DNA of 64,000 nucleotides from Desulfobacterales bacterium (GCA_963675805.2 CAXXNU010000019.1:388929-452928), one strand, 5' to 3'; counted from the stretch's first letter, positions 1 through 10,122 are shown. Made by a program: numbers and translations. The notes: generated from the letters alone by a model not told the origin.

Positions 1-957
1 GGGCGTCATAAAGCCGAAAAACGACGTGTTGATTATTAGCAGCATGGTCAGGGACAGGAGCGCAAATCCAGGCAGGAAAAATTGAACCGGCAGTTTTGTC
101 AGGACAATAAAAAATATCGATAAAAAAATCGCAGATGCCGTTACATGTTTGATGAGTTCCCAATTGATACTCATTAAGTCTTTTGAATAATCGGGCATGG
201 ATAAATAGACATCAAGCGAATTGAAAAGATTTAATAAATACGCTTTGTTGAATATCGCGATAAACAGCAGCCAGCAGATCACAAAAGGAGTAGTGACATA
301 TAACAGGTCCTGAAAGGAAAAAGAATAATTAATTAATTCTGTTTTTCGGGAAAGAATGAATAAAAATAGGGGTGCGAAAATAAAGGTTCCCAAATAGAGC
401 AGGCTAAGGCTCGTCAGCCAGATGCACACACCGGCCATTAGATACAGGATATTTTTTGTCAACGGATTTTTGGTTTGAAGTCCAAGGAGCAGAAAGGACA
501 GGTAACATACTATAAATAAATGCGGATATGTTTGGTAATACATGTTGGAAATCATTCCGATGGGGTCAAATCCAGTGAATGCAAACAATGAGAATGTAAG
601 TGGCAGCCACGCATATTGATTATTATATCGAAAAAGCGCAAAGCTGAACAGTAACAGAGAAAAAATAACCAGTATAAATTGAAGTTGACGCCATTCCAAA
701 AGGGAAATACCAGGATATATTTCGAAAACAATACGATTGATGAGTGTATAATGCATTAGTGCGCCGGTGATTTTGTCCTCAAGAAAGTCATCCCCGGCCG
801 CCAGACGCCAGCTTTCGGTGGCGTGGTATCCTTCATCAATAAAATTAAAGCCAAAGCGGAGTTTGTGCCATCCCAGTATCGCTGATGCGATGAATACAAT
901 TAAACATAAGGAAAATATTATGAATTGACTATTTTGCGGTTTTTTTGTAATGGACAT
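1..957 (-). CDS. Integral membrane protein, 3' end cut by window edge; candidate GT-C-type (ArnT/PMT-like) glycosyltransferase
   Basis: Absent from the ORF track because it runs off the window. Reverse-strand ATG at 957..955. I checked all 319 codons down to base 1 and found no stop. Translation MSITKKPQNSQFIIFSLCLIVFIASAILGW... is highly hydrophobic and multi-span. The first loop FNFIDEGYHATESWRLAAGDD resembles the acidic first-loop motif of GT-C enzymes. Confidence 0.5.
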   Translation of the reverse strand, partial: MSITKKPQNSQFIIFSLCLIVFIASAILGWHKLRFGFNFIDEGYHATESWRLAAGDDFLEDKITGALMHYTLINRIVFEIYPGISLLEWRQLQFILVIFSLLLFSFALFRYNNQYAWLPLTFSLFAFTGFDPIGMISNMYYQTYPHLFIVCYLSFLLLGLQTKNPLTKNILYLMAGVCIWLTSLSLLYLGTFIFAPLFLFILSRKTELINYSFSFQDLLYVTTPFVICWLLFIAIFNKAYLLNLFNSLDVYLSMPDYSKDLMSINWELIKHVTASAIFLSIFFIVLTKLPVQFFLPGFALLSLTMLLIINTSFFGFMTP

Positions 958-1148
958 ATGCAACTTCCTGTTTTTTAGTATTTACGTCTGCGTTCTAATT
1001 TTGAAATGTATCAGCACGTCACGAAGTTGAGATTGATAGTCGTGAAGCAATTTTGGTGAACAAAATTTATAGTTCAACAGGCAAAAATGTCAAGAATAAG
1101 CTCATCCTTTAATTACGGGAATTGATAAAAAAAGACGAGATTGGATTT

Positions 1149-3218
1149 ATGATTTTAGAACCATTGAAATTGGCCCTGGTCATCCCTGTATACGGCAATG
1201 AGAAAAGTCTTGTTGAATTGCACCAGCGAATTGACCGAGCTTTATCCGTGCCGGATATTGAACTAACCATTTGCTTTATTAACGACCGCTCGATGGATAA
1301 CAGTCAGCAGGTATTGCAAAAGTTGGCGGCCAGGGATTCCCGTGTTCGAATTTTACTTCTTTCCAAAAATCACGGGTCTTTTGTAGCTATTGTCGCCGGA
1401 CTCCATGAAACGCTGGAGAATGATGCGGTGATCATTTTATCCGCGGATTTACAGGATCCACCTGAAGTCATTCCACAGATGATCCAAAAGTGGCAGGAAG
1501 GATTTCCGGTTGTCCTCTGCGTTCGCCGCCAACGGTCGGATTCGACGGTAACCCGTTTTTTTTCATCCCTTTTTCACAAACTTTACCGGCGCTACGTGCT
1601 GCCGGACATGCCGGAGGGCGGATTTGATTTTTGTCTGATTGATCGCAAAGTAGCAGATGTTTTGATTGAGTCTTCGGAAAAAAATACCAGTCTTGTTGGG
1701 CTTATCATATGGGCGGGTTTTGATCGCGCCTATGTTCCCTATGACCGGGCAGAGCGGATTCACGGCAAAAGTATGTGGTCCTTCCGTAAAAAAGTACGAT
1801 ACGCGATCAACAGTGTTATTTCATTCTCATCGCTTCCCCTGCGCATGTCTGCATTTCTCGGGGTCGCCCTTTCTGTGGTATGTTTTACAGGCATTGTGTT
1901 TACTCTTTATAATTATTTGTCCGGCCGAATTCCGGTGTCCGGGTGGACTTCCCTGATCCTTGTTATTCTTTTTGTCGCATCCTTTCAGTTTTTATCGTTT
2001 GGTATTTTGGGGGAATATTTCTGGAACAATCTTGAACAAAGCCGCAAACGGCCGCTATTTATTATTGATAAAAAAATTGGCTTTGACGTATCAACCCGCG
2101 GTTGTCAGCCTGATACGGCGAGTGCCGAGGTTCCTTTTTTTGATTTGCAGGCAGTTTCCGCGTTGGTTAGTGCGGGATTAGATCAGGCAGCGAAAAACGT
2201 ATTAAAGGGAAGCCAGATCATTCTGGGGGCTTCGGTTGAGCGTTTTGAAAGGGAATTAGCAGATTATACAGGGATGGAATATGCCACAGGTGTGGCCAAC
2301 GGGACGGATGCGATTATTTTGTCCCTCTGGGCGGCAGGGCTTGTAACCGGCGATAAAGTCATCACCTCATCTATTTCCGCTCCGGCGACGGGTGTTGCGA
2401 TTCTTCGGGCAGGCATGATCCCCTGTTTTGTGGATGTTGATGAAAAATACCTGACCATTGATCCGGAACAGGTTGAAGCTGCTGCGGCACAGGGGGCGAA
2501 AGCCATTGTGCCGGTTCATTTGTATGGAAATCCATGCGACATGGATGCCTTGATGAAGGTCGCTGAAAAGTATAATCTCATAGTTATCGAAGACTGTGCC
2601 CAGTCTTTCGGTACAGAAATAAATCATCGCCATTGCGGATTTCTTTCCACAGCGGCGGCTTTCAGTTTTTATCCCACTAAAAATCTCGGCGCGTATGGTG
2701 ATGCCGGTGCTGTTTTAACTAGCGACCGGGATTTGGCTGAAAAATTAAAAAAAATGCGATTTTACGGCCAGAATGCTGCCGGGGAATGCGTGTTGCCGGG
2801 GATCAATTCCCGGCTGGATGAAATGCAGGCTGCCTTGTTGTGTGAAAGGCTGAAGGTGATTGAAAGTCATAATCATCAAAGAATCAGTATTGCACGGCAG
2901 TATGATGCTGTCCTTCCTTTTTTGAATCCCGTGCCTTCCAGAAGTAGCCGCGTTCCCCACCTTTATGTGGTAAGGCCTGATAATCGGGAAGCATTTCGTC
3001 AATTTTTAATGGATCATGATATTCAGACAGGCATTCACTATCCATTGCCACTTCATCAACATGACTATTTACGCAAAAATAGCCATGCCGGAAAATGCCC
3101 GATAGCTGAAGATGCATGCCGCCATGTGGTCAGTCTTCCCTGTTTTCCCGGGCTGGATGATCAGGCAGTGGAAAAAATTATTGATGTATGCTTGAAATGG
3201 AGAGATGCCCGTTTATGA
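1149..3218 (+). CDS. Fusion protein: GT2 polyprenyl-phosphate glycosyltransferase (ArnC/GtrB/DPM1-like) + DegT/DnrJ/EryC1/StrS PLP sugar aminotransferase
   Basis: The track ORF is 1122..3218 (TTG). ATG 1149 (MILEPLKLALVIPVYGNE) is the more likely start. The N-terminal half has GT2 motifs (VIPVYGNE, INDRSMDNS, SADLQDPPE) followed by two TM helices. The C-terminal half (from about VPFFDLQ) has GVANGTDAI and FSFYPTKNLGAYGDAG, which contains the PLP lysine. Confidence 0.8.
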   Translation: MILEPLKLALVIPVYGNEKSLVELHQRIDRALSVPDIELTICFINDRSMDNSQQVLQKLAARDSRVRILLLSKNHGSFVAIVAGLHETLENDAVIILSADLQDPPEVIPQMIQKWQEGFPVVLCVRRQRSDSTVTRFFSSLFHKLYRRYVLPDMPEGGFDFCLIDRKVADVLIESSEKNTSLVGLIIWAGFDRAYVPYDRAERIHGKSMWSFRKKVRYAINSVISFSSLPLRMSAFLGVALSVVCFTGIVFTLYNYLSGRIPVSGWTSLILVILFVASFQFLSFGILGEYFWNNLEQSRKRPLFIIDKKIGFDVSTRGCQPDTASAEVPFFDLQAVSALVSAGLDQAAKNVLKGSQIILGASVERFERELADYTGMEYATGVANGTDAIILSLWAAGLVTGDKVITSSISAPATGVAILRAGMIPCFVDVDEKYLTIDPEQVEAAAAQGAKAIVPVHLYGNPCDMDALMKVAEKYNLIVIEDCAQSFGTEINHRHCGFLSTAAAFSFYPTKNLGAYGDAGAVLTSDRDLAEKLKKMRFYGQNAAGECVLPGINSRLDEMQAALLCERLKVIESHNHQRISIARQYDAVLPFLNPVPSRSSRVPHLYVVRPDNREAFRQFLMDHDIQTGIHYPLPLHQHDYLRKNSHAGKCPIAEDACRHVVSLPCFPGLDDQAVEKIIDVCLKWRDARL

Positions 3219-3805
3219 ACCCTTTGCCAGCCTCATTCTACAATACACTTGTCAATGTTTTTTATAATAAACGATTTCTTGAGGCCATTCAGGCAGAAGT
3301 TGGCCCAACCCGGGAAATGCGGATTCTGGATGTCCCCTGTGGTACTGGAATTCTGATGCATTGCTGCAAGCCTTCGTCCTATGTAGGGGCTGATATTGAT
3401 GCCAAAAGGGTAGTTGATGCCGGAGTCCGTTTCCCCGAGGAGGCGTTTGTGGTTTCAGATGCTGCTGCGCTTTCTTTTACGAAGGATAAATTTGATTTGA
3501 TTCTGGCATCCGGACTGTTTCATCATGTGGATGATAAAGTTTCAACTGCGATTTTGTCTGAATTTCGCCGTGTCTTGTCTCCAGTTGGAAAAATTGTTGT
3601 CATAGAAGCGATCTGGCCTCAAAATAGATTTAACATTATTGGATATGTTGGAAGAAAACTGGACCAGGGCAAATTTGTCCGGCATGCAGCGGCTTATGAA
3701 AAATTATTCAGAGAGTTTTTTAAGATCCAAAAAAAATATTATTTTTTAAACTTGGGGTTTGAATATCTTTTTGCTACATTGGTCCCTGATGGAGGGCTGT
3801 ATTGA
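3215..3805 (+). CDS. Class I SAM-dependent methyltransferase
   Basis: ATGA start/stop overlap with the upstream gene. Motif I ILDVPCGTGIL and the GLFHHV / PVGKIVVIE post-motifs are present. Confidence 0.75.
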   Translation: MNPLPASFYNTLVNVFYNKRFLEAIQAEVGPTREMRILDVPCGTGILMHCCKPSSYVGADIDAKRVVDAGVRFPEEAFVVSDAAALSFTKDKFDLILASGLFHHVDDKVSTAILSEFRRVLSPVGKIVVIEAIWPQNRFNIIGYVGRKLDQGKFVRHAAAYEKLFREFFKIQKKYYFLNLGFEYLFATLVPDGGLY

Positions 3806-4542
3806 CTCAAGACGGTTTAGGGAAATATATGAAGGACCCGTCAATGGAACTGGGCCTGAAATATATCCAGACCCGTGCTTCAGGGCTGGGGCGGTATTTT
3901 TTGGAACGGGGTGCGCAACTGCTGTGCAGCTGGATTCCCGGGCCAATAGGCGTGGGAATCCGTGCCGCAATATACCATAGACTTTTTGGCCAGAAATCTC
4001 AAACGGCCTTTGTTGAAGCAGGGGTTGAATTTTTTTTTATGAACGCCATCCATTTTGGCAAAGGTGTTTATGTAGACAGCCACTGCCGTCTTCATGGATC
4101 ATCTGCTGAAATAATATTGGGAAACAATAATCGGGTGATGCGTGGTGCCTACTTATGCTCCTACGTTTCAAACGCACGTTCAGGTGAAGGTATTGTAACC
4201 GGTGACGACTGCTGGATCGGTGTGAACGCGGTTTTAGCTTCCGGCCAGGGAGGTCTTCACATCGGTGACAATGTGCTTATTGGACCAAATGCTGTAATTG
4301 TGACAGGCAATCATGATTATGAGCGAGTGGATTTGACTGCGGTGGAACAAAATTATTATGGGATTCCCATACATATCGGAAATAATGCCTGGATCGGGGC
4401 GAATTCGACTGTGCTCGGGGGAGCGACCATTGGGGATCATTCGGTGATTGCGGCTGGGGCGGTGGTTTCAGGAAATGTTCCGCCCTATACAGTGGCTGGC
4501 GGGGTGCCGGCCAGAGTCATCCGTGAAATCCAAAAAAATTAG
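3802..4542 (+). CDS. Left-handed beta-helix (hexapeptide) O-acetyltransferase
   Basis: ATGA overlap with the upstream gene. Hexapeptide repeats NAWIGANSTVLGGATIGDHSVIAAGAVVSGNVPPYTVAGGVPARVI resemble WcaF/maltose-acetyltransferase-type enzymes. Confidence 0.75.
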   Translation: MTQDGLGKYMKDPSMELGLKYIQTRASGLGRYFLERGAQLLCSWIPGPIGVGIRAAIYHRLFGQKSQTAFVEAGVEFFFMNAIHFGKGVYVDSHCRLHGSSAEIILGNNNRVMRGAYLCSYVSNARSGEGIVTGDDCWIGVNAVLASGQGGLHIGDNVLIGPNAVIVTGNHDYERVDLTAVEQNYYGIPIHIGNNAWIGANSTVLGGATIGDHSVIAAGAVVSGNVPPYTVAGGVPARVIREIQKN

Positions 4543-4582
4543 TAAAATAATAGCATGAATACCCGTAGATCATTTCAATCTT

Positions 4583-5005
4583 TTAGCGGCTACCTTCTCT
4601 TATGAATTCTAAAAACGCGGCATGATTCCGGATATAATCGGTCTCATCATAAGGGGCCGAGGCCAGCACCAAACAAATCCCGCCGGATGAAAAATTCTCC
4701 TCGTGCGCCCATATCATCGGCGGGATGTGAAGACCATAATAGGCACGGTCCAACCGCACCCGCCGTATTTCCTGGCCATCATCCATGACTACCTCAAAAG
4801 CCCCCATTGCTGCAATGATGAACTGATGCAGGGTTTTGTGGGCGTGTGCGCCCCGTCCTTCGCCCCCCGGCACGTCGTAAAGGTAAAATATGCGCTTGAT
4901 TTCAAATGGCACGTGTTCCTTGCCGTAAATAGGGGTAATAGCGCCCTTGCGCTCGCTCATTTTGGGCAGATCGATCAGCTTGCAGTCATGAACAGATGGT
5001 TTCAT
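4583..5005 (-). CDS. FdtA/QdtA-like cupin (sugar-nucleotide 3,4-ketoisomerase family), paralog 2
   Basis: 140 aa. LIDLPKMSERKGAITPIYGKEHVPFEIKRIFYLYDVPGGEGRGAHAHK matches the WxcM/FdtA C-terminal cupin signature. 4-nt overlap with the upstream paralog. Confidence 0.7.
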   Translation of the reverse strand: MKPSVHDCKLIDLPKMSERKGAITPIYGKEHVPFEIKRIFYLYDVPGGEGRGAHAHKTLHQFIIAAMGAFEVVMDDGQEIRRVRLDRAYYGLHIPPMIWAHEENFSSGGICLVLASAPYDETDYIRNHAAFLEFIREGSR

Positions 5006-5442
5006 TTGCGATGGTTCATCCTTTTGAAATCATTGTAGTCACGAATATAATCTCCCGGGTTATAGGGCAAAGACGCCAAAACCAGGGCAACGGCGTTGGT
5101 GGAAAAATACTGCATGCGACGCCAGATCATATTGGGGACATAAAGCCCGAAATAAGCCCGGTTGAGGGTCACTGTTTTCTGGGCCATTCCATCATCCAGA
5201 AAGACCTCTAGACTTCCGGAAAGGGCAATGATAACTTCTTGAAGATTCCTGTAGGCATGGCTTCCGACCGATTCTCCTCCGGGGACATCATAGATCCAAT
5301 ATGCCCTTGGAATCTCAAATGGGACATGACGTTCGGCCTCCACAAAGGTAAGATTACCCCGGTCATCCAGAATTTTGGGGAACTGAATAATGGCAGCATC
5401 GTAGACCGTTCGGGGCGACCTAATGTTAGACATATTATTCAT
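5002..5442 (-). CDS. FdtA/QdtA-like cupin (sugar-nucleotide 3,4-ketoisomerase family), paralog 1
   Basis: 146 aa. [45 protein letters not shown] has the same fold signature as the neighbouring gene. 4-nt overlaps on both sides. Confidence 0.7.
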   Translation of the reverse strand: MNNMSNIRSPRTVYDAAIIQFPKILDDRGNLTFVEAERHVPFEIPRAYWIYDVPGGESVGSHAYRNLQEVIIALSGSLEVFLDDGMAQKTVTLNRAYFGLYVPNMIWRRMQYFSTNAVALVLASLPYNPGDYIRDYNDFKRMNHRK

Positions 5443-6356
5443 TGGTTTTGACTTAATTCGGTCATTTCCCTGTCAATGCAAAGAGTTCTGACAATGCGGG
5501 CGGGGTTACCTACGGCTATTGCATTGGCTGGAACATCTTTGGTGACAACAGCCCCCGCACCGACCATTGCGTTTTTGCCTACAGTGATTCCAGGCAGCAA
5601 GGTTGCGTTTGCACCAATGCTCGCGCCTTTTTGAATCACAATTTTGATAAAAGATTCAGGGTGTTGTTTGCTTCTGGGGTATCGGTCGTTAGTAAAAGCA
5701 ACACTTGGGCCGATAAAAACATCGTCCTCTATCCGTGCTCCATCCCAGATATGGACGCCGGATTTAACGGTGACACGATTTCCAATAACCACATCGTTTT
5801 CAATAAAGGTTTGGTCACAAATATTGCAATCAGTACCGATGCGTGCGCCGGGCAGAATGTGCGCATGAGCCCATATACGAGTGCCCGCGCCGACATTATC
5901 GGATTCAAGCAAAGCGAAATCATGTAGCATTATATTGTTTTTTGTGGTGTTAAATATCCGCGCAGGTATGCTAGTGACTATAGCATTAGATGGAACTTTG
6001 CCCATAACAACAGCCCCGGCTTCTATTTGGGTATTATACCCTACTTCCAAATCATAAAAAATCACCGCATTTGGACCAATTGAGCAATTGTCGCCGATAG
6101 TTAGTCGTTTTCCGGATTGGTTTTGCTGTTCTGTGGGGGTTTTTTTTAACGGCTCATTACCAAGGATCGCACCAGGAAATATTTCCACGCCATCACCAAT
6201 GGTCACGTTTTCATTGATCACCACATGGGGATGAATGACTACATCGTTGCCGATGCGGACTCGCGGTCGAATGACAGCGAATTCATCAATGCGGACATTT
6301 TGACCAATGTCGGTGGTTTGTATAATAGCAAGAGGATTTATTTTAAACATAATCAA
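5439..6356 (-). CDS. Tandem double hexapeptide-repeat (LbH-LbH) N-acyl/acetyltransferase
   Basis: 305 aa with two separate LbH domains. Residues about 1-140 are LpxA-like. Residues about 145-305 ([20 protein letters not shown]...FTNDRYPRS...[25 protein letters not shown]) are WlbB/WbpD/FdtC-like. Confidence 0.7.
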   Translation of the reverse strand: MIMFKINPLAIIQTTDIGQNVRIDEFAVIRPRVRIGNDVVIHPHVVINENVTIGDGVEIFPGAILGNEPLKKTPTEQQNQSGKRLTIGDNCSIGPNAVIFYDLEVGYNTQIEAGAVVMGKVPSNAIVTSIPARIFNTTKNNIMLHDFALLESDNVGAGTRIWAHAHILPGARIGTDCNICDQTFIENDVVIGNRVTVKSGVHIWDGARIEDDVFIGPSVAFTNDRYPRSKQHPESFIKIVIQKGASIGANATLLPGITVGKNAMVGAGAVVTKDVPANAIAVGNPARIVRTLCIDREMTELSQNQ

Positions 6357-7018
6357 TTAAAAAATTTGTAAGCAGTTTTTGCAAATAGATGTCCTGGATT
6401 TGTCGGGCTGTTACCCTTTGTTGGCAAGCTTTGAATTTTTTGGACTGTGTATCACATTATTTTGTGGAGGGAAAGAATATTCAGATGCTGAGCATCATTT
6501 ATTGTACCTATGGTGATATGGTGAAAAAGGTGCTTAACACCTATTGACTTAATATTTCAAACAGAGCAAACACCCTTTTGACGATCGCCGCTGAGGCCCC
6601 AAAGAATAAAGGTTTTATTAACGAAGCTTAATGACTGTTTTTTCAGAATAAATAAAATCGATCCAGCAGTATATTTGCATGAAAGGCCTTGTGTCGTCTA
6701 TTCTGATTAAAGAGAATTGTGCCGGGGAAAAATGTTGATTCTTCCGATCTTTACTGATAATGAAAATAACCTGATAATCACGAAGTTTTTTCAATGAACT
6801 GAGTGATTATAAATGCGCTTGATTACTTCTTATTAAGTCTAAGCAATAATAAATTTGAAGGGCATAAAGCCCTCTTCTACACAGCTTTGTAATAGGTGTT
6901 GTACTTGCAGGGTTTGTCCCCGACAGATAGTGGATTAAAGGTTGTCCATATTTATTGAGAGCGCAGTGCGTTTTGTGTTTTCTGAATCCAAATTTCAATC
7001 AGATGAAAAGGGAGAGCA

Positions 7019-7966
7019 ATGAAGGCTTTTAGTTACATTGTGTTAGCATTATTATTCATCGGGATTTGTATGACCGGGTGTTCAAATGACAGCGATGTGA
7101 AATCTTTGAATGCGGAAGCCCTGAAATTGGCGATGGCCGGCAAGGTTGATCAGGCCATGGAAAAGGCTAAGGCGGCGCTTGAAAAAGCGGAAAAAGAGAA
7201 TGGGGCCTTTCACTTATTGACGGCCATGAGTCTCGAAACTCTGGGGACGGTATATCAGGCCAAGGGGGATGCTGACAAAGCCGAATCCAGCTACCATCAG
7301 GCTTTGTCCATTGTCCAAAAGACCATCGGGCCAGACAGCGGGGAAGCGGCAAAGATTATGAATAATCTGGCAGCGCTGTATTACTCGAAACAAGAAAACG
7401 ATAAGGCAGCATCCTTTTACAAACAGACTCTTGCTATTGTGGAAAAAAAATTTGATGCCGATGATCCCAGGTTGGCGGTGCTGCGCAAAAATATTTCCAT
7501 ATGTGAAGGGAAAGGGAGCGGCGGGGAGGATGCCTGGGCGGCTCAAAAGCCGTTCGCTGACAAAGAAAATTTTCCCGAAGGATCCCAGACAGTTGCCCCA
7601 ATGTTAGGCCCGCCGGGGAGTGAGACTAAGGATCTCGTTCCTCAGCAGATCAAAGATTCCATGTTCTCGCAACTGGCCCAGCAGAATATTTATCTATCCG
7701 ATTTAGAACCCTTGGCTCAGGTAGATATTGACAATAAAGGCATTGTGTTTCCTTATCATGCTCTGAAAAAAGGGAAAGACTCTGATTCCGCCCAAGAGAT
7801 TGTTGTACTATTCGCTTCTGTCTATAAGCCGGAAAAACCGGATACCGTGGTTTTTCAGCAGTGCCGGCTCATATCCTACACCAGTTATCTGGCGTCCTTG
7901 GAAAAAGGCGGGGCAGAGCAATTGAAACAGGAGATTCAGGAGGTTTTTAATAATTTATATTTATAG
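7019..7966 (+). CDS. TPR-repeat lipoprotein
   Basis: Signal peptide plus lipobox (LLFIGICMTGC). TPR-like repeats include LETLGTVYQAKGDADKAESSYHQAL and MNNLAALYYSKQENDKAASFYKQTL. Confidence 0.65.
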   Translation: MKAFSYIVLALLFIGICMTGCSNDSDVKSLNAEALKLAMAGKVDQAMEKAKAALEKAEKENGAFHLLTAMSLETLGTVYQAKGDADKAESSYHQALSIVQKTIGPDSGEAAKIMNNLAALYYSKQENDKAASFYKQTLAIVEKKFDADDPRLAVLRKNISICEGKGSGGEDAWAAQKPFADKENFPEGSQTVAPMLGPPGSETKDLVPQQIKDSMFSQLAQQNIYLSDLEPLAQVDIDNKGIVFPYHALKKGKDSDSAQEIVVLFASVYKPEKPDTVVFQQCRLISYTSYLASLEKGGAEQLKQEIQEVFNNLYL

Positions 7967-7967
7967 C

Positions 7968-8000
7968 GCCGGGGAACCGTTTTGCCCCGGGCTTTCTTTT
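7968..8000 (+). terminator. Possible rho-independent terminator
   Basis: CCGGGG (7969-7974) pairs with CCCCGG (7985-7990), followed by GCTTTCTTTT. It lies immediately after the stop of 7019..7966. Confidence 0.4.
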
Positions 8001-8098
8001 AACCCATGAACGGACAAAATTCAATTGTCCAGTCAAAGGGCGAAAACCAGCAAATTATCGCTAATCACAATTTCTGTTCATGGCTTAAATAATACAAC

Positions 8099-9748
8099 CT
8101 AACGCTCTTCGGCGTTTAACAATTCTTCAGCAATTCTTTTATTTTTCAGCGCAACAGTGGAGTTGGGCGCAATGGTAAGTGCATTTTCAAATGCCTGTAA
8201 TGCCATTTTCAGGTTGCCTGTGCGTCCCAGTGAAATTCCGATAAGACAATGAACATCTGATACAGTGGGCTTTAATTCCAGTGCCTTGCTGTAAAAAAAG
8301 ACTGCTTCATCATACATTTCTTTTTTAAAACAAGCATTACCGGCATTGAGCCATGCGGGGTACAGGTTTTTATTGATTTTTAATGCTTGTTTGTAATGAT
8401 AAATTGCATCGTCTAGTTGTCCTTTATTCTCAAGGGCGGCACCCAAATTTAAGTGCGCTTTCCAGTTATTTTCTGTGACCGATAAGGCATGGTTGAAAAG
8501 GGTGATACTGTTTTGCCATGTCGTCACCTGACTCATGGTAATTTTGGAAGAGGTTAAAATTAATACCACTCCTGCAATGATTGCTATTTTTCGATGCACC
8601 TGAAATTTTTTGATCAGGGAATGAGACCCCCATACTGCGGCAATGAATATGCCGATAAAAGGGACATAGGTGTATCGATCGGCCATGGATTGAGATCCAA
8701 CCTGAATTAAGCCGATAACCGGCAGCAGTGAAATCAAAAACCATAACCATCCGAAAATTAAATAGGGGTGTTTTTTTCTAACAATGAAGGCGTAAACCGA
8801 AATCGATAATAGCAATAAAATGCTTATCACCACACGCCATATTTCAATAGGCTGATAAGGATAAATGATTGCCAACTCAAATGGCCAGATCGTCTTGTGC
8901 AGATATGTCATATAAGAAACCAGGGCATTCCCCACTCGTGTTAAAAAAGGAATATCTGTTAACGAGACCATGGTGCTCTGGCCGGTTTGCTGGCTGAATA
9001 TGGCTATGATGCTGAAAATTATCGAAAGCATAAAAAAAGGAACTTTTTCAAATATAAAAAATTTGTTTTTTTTTAAGTTTGCGAGGTTCTGCAGAGAAGC
9101 CACCCGACGAAGCGGCCAGAAATCAATCAGAAAAAGAAGCACCGGAAGTGTCACCAGCATCTGTTTGGACAGCAGGCTGAATATAAAAAACAATATCGCC
9201 AGGCAATAATATGTTATTGAATAGCGTTTTGCGTATTTACAGTAAAACAGAATGGACCAAAGCCCGAAAAAAGTGCTTAATGCGTCTTTGCGTTCGGATA
9301 TCCATGCCACGGATTCAACATGCAGGGGATGAACGGCAAAGAGCATGGCCACCAAGAAGCTCGGCCATTTCTTGTTTGTCGTGCTGCTCAAAAGAAAGAA
9401 CAGCAGCAGAGAATTCAGAATATGAAAAGCCAAACTGGTGAAATGGTGTCCGCCAGGGGATAATCCAAAAACCTGCACATCCATCATGTGTGATAAAAGT
9501 GTCAGGGGAATCCAGTTGACCATATATATATTGGTAAAGAAAAAAAGAATTTCCTCAGAATTGAAACCGGATTTTAAATGTGTGTTTTCATACACATAAA
9601 TATCATCATCAAAATTGACAAAATCATAATCCAAAACCTGATAATAGGTTAAAAATGTTACCAGGATGATGAGTAAAGCAGGCCACCAGTTTTTATTTGT
9701 CAGAATTTTTTTATAATCCATTTTATTTTCAATAAAAAAAGAATCCAT
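8099..9748 (-). CDS. GT-C membrane glycosyltransferase with C-terminal TPR domain (PMT_2/TMTC-like)
   Basis: 549 aa with about 10 TM spans. The first loop YDFVNFDDDIYVYEN is an acidic GT-C motif. The C-terminal about 130 aa are TPR repeats (AHLNLGAALENKGQLDDAIYHYKQAL...). Confidence 0.7.
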   Translation of the reverse strand: MDSFFIENKMDYKKILTNKNWWPALLIILVTFLTYYQVLDYDFVNFDDDIYVYENTHLKSGFNSEEILFFFTNIYMVNWIPLTLLSHMMDVQVFGLSPGGHHFTSLAFHILNSLLLFFLLSSTTNKKWPSFLVAMLFAVHPLHVESVAWISERKDALSTFFGLWSILFYCKYAKRYSITYYCLAILFFIFSLLSKQMLVTLPVLLFLIDFWPLRRVASLQNLANLKKNKFFIFEKVPFFMLSIIFSIIAIFSQQTGQSTMVSLTDIPFLTRVGNALVSYMTYLHKTIWPFELAIIYPYQPIEIWRVVISILLLLSISVYAFIVRKKHPYLIFGWLWFLISLLPVIGLIQVGSQSMADRYTYVPFIGIFIAAVWGSHSLIKKFQVHRKIAIIAGVVLILTSSKITMSQVTTWQNSITLFNHALSVTENNWKAHLNLGAALENKGQLDDAIYHYKQALKINKNLYPAWLNAGNACFKKEMYDEAVFFYSKALELKPTVSDVHCLIGISLGRTGNLKMALQAFENALTIAPNSTVALKNKRIAEELLNAEER

Positions 9749-10122
9749 GGTTGTTCAGCCCTGAGAAGTTTTTAGCGCCTGTCTTCTTCCCGACTTTTTC
9801 CTTTACCGATTTAGAGTAATTATCAAAAATATCCCTTTTTCGCCATGGCAAAAATACTGGCGGGTGCTATGGAATATTGTTTACAAAAAAAAACAAATGA
9901 AACATAAATATTTGCATTATCAAATTATTATAAACGTTTTTGATACAATTTAAGTTCTATGTGCTTGTTTTTTTTAAAATTGTATCTCCTCCGGGGTCTG
10001 GTGCGCTATAAATTTTGGTTGCTTTATAATTTCTTTATGTTATTTATAAAATGATAATTTAAAGAAATAATTAGTTTAATAAGCCATACCTCATCAAGAT
10101 TCAATTCAAAGGGGAGCAGAAA

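Noticed and set aside
6807-6998. 63-aa minus-strand ORF in the 660-nt divergent intergenic region
   Set aside because: It has no RBS, odd composition and sits in an AT-rich promoter-like spacer. There is not enough support for a gene call.
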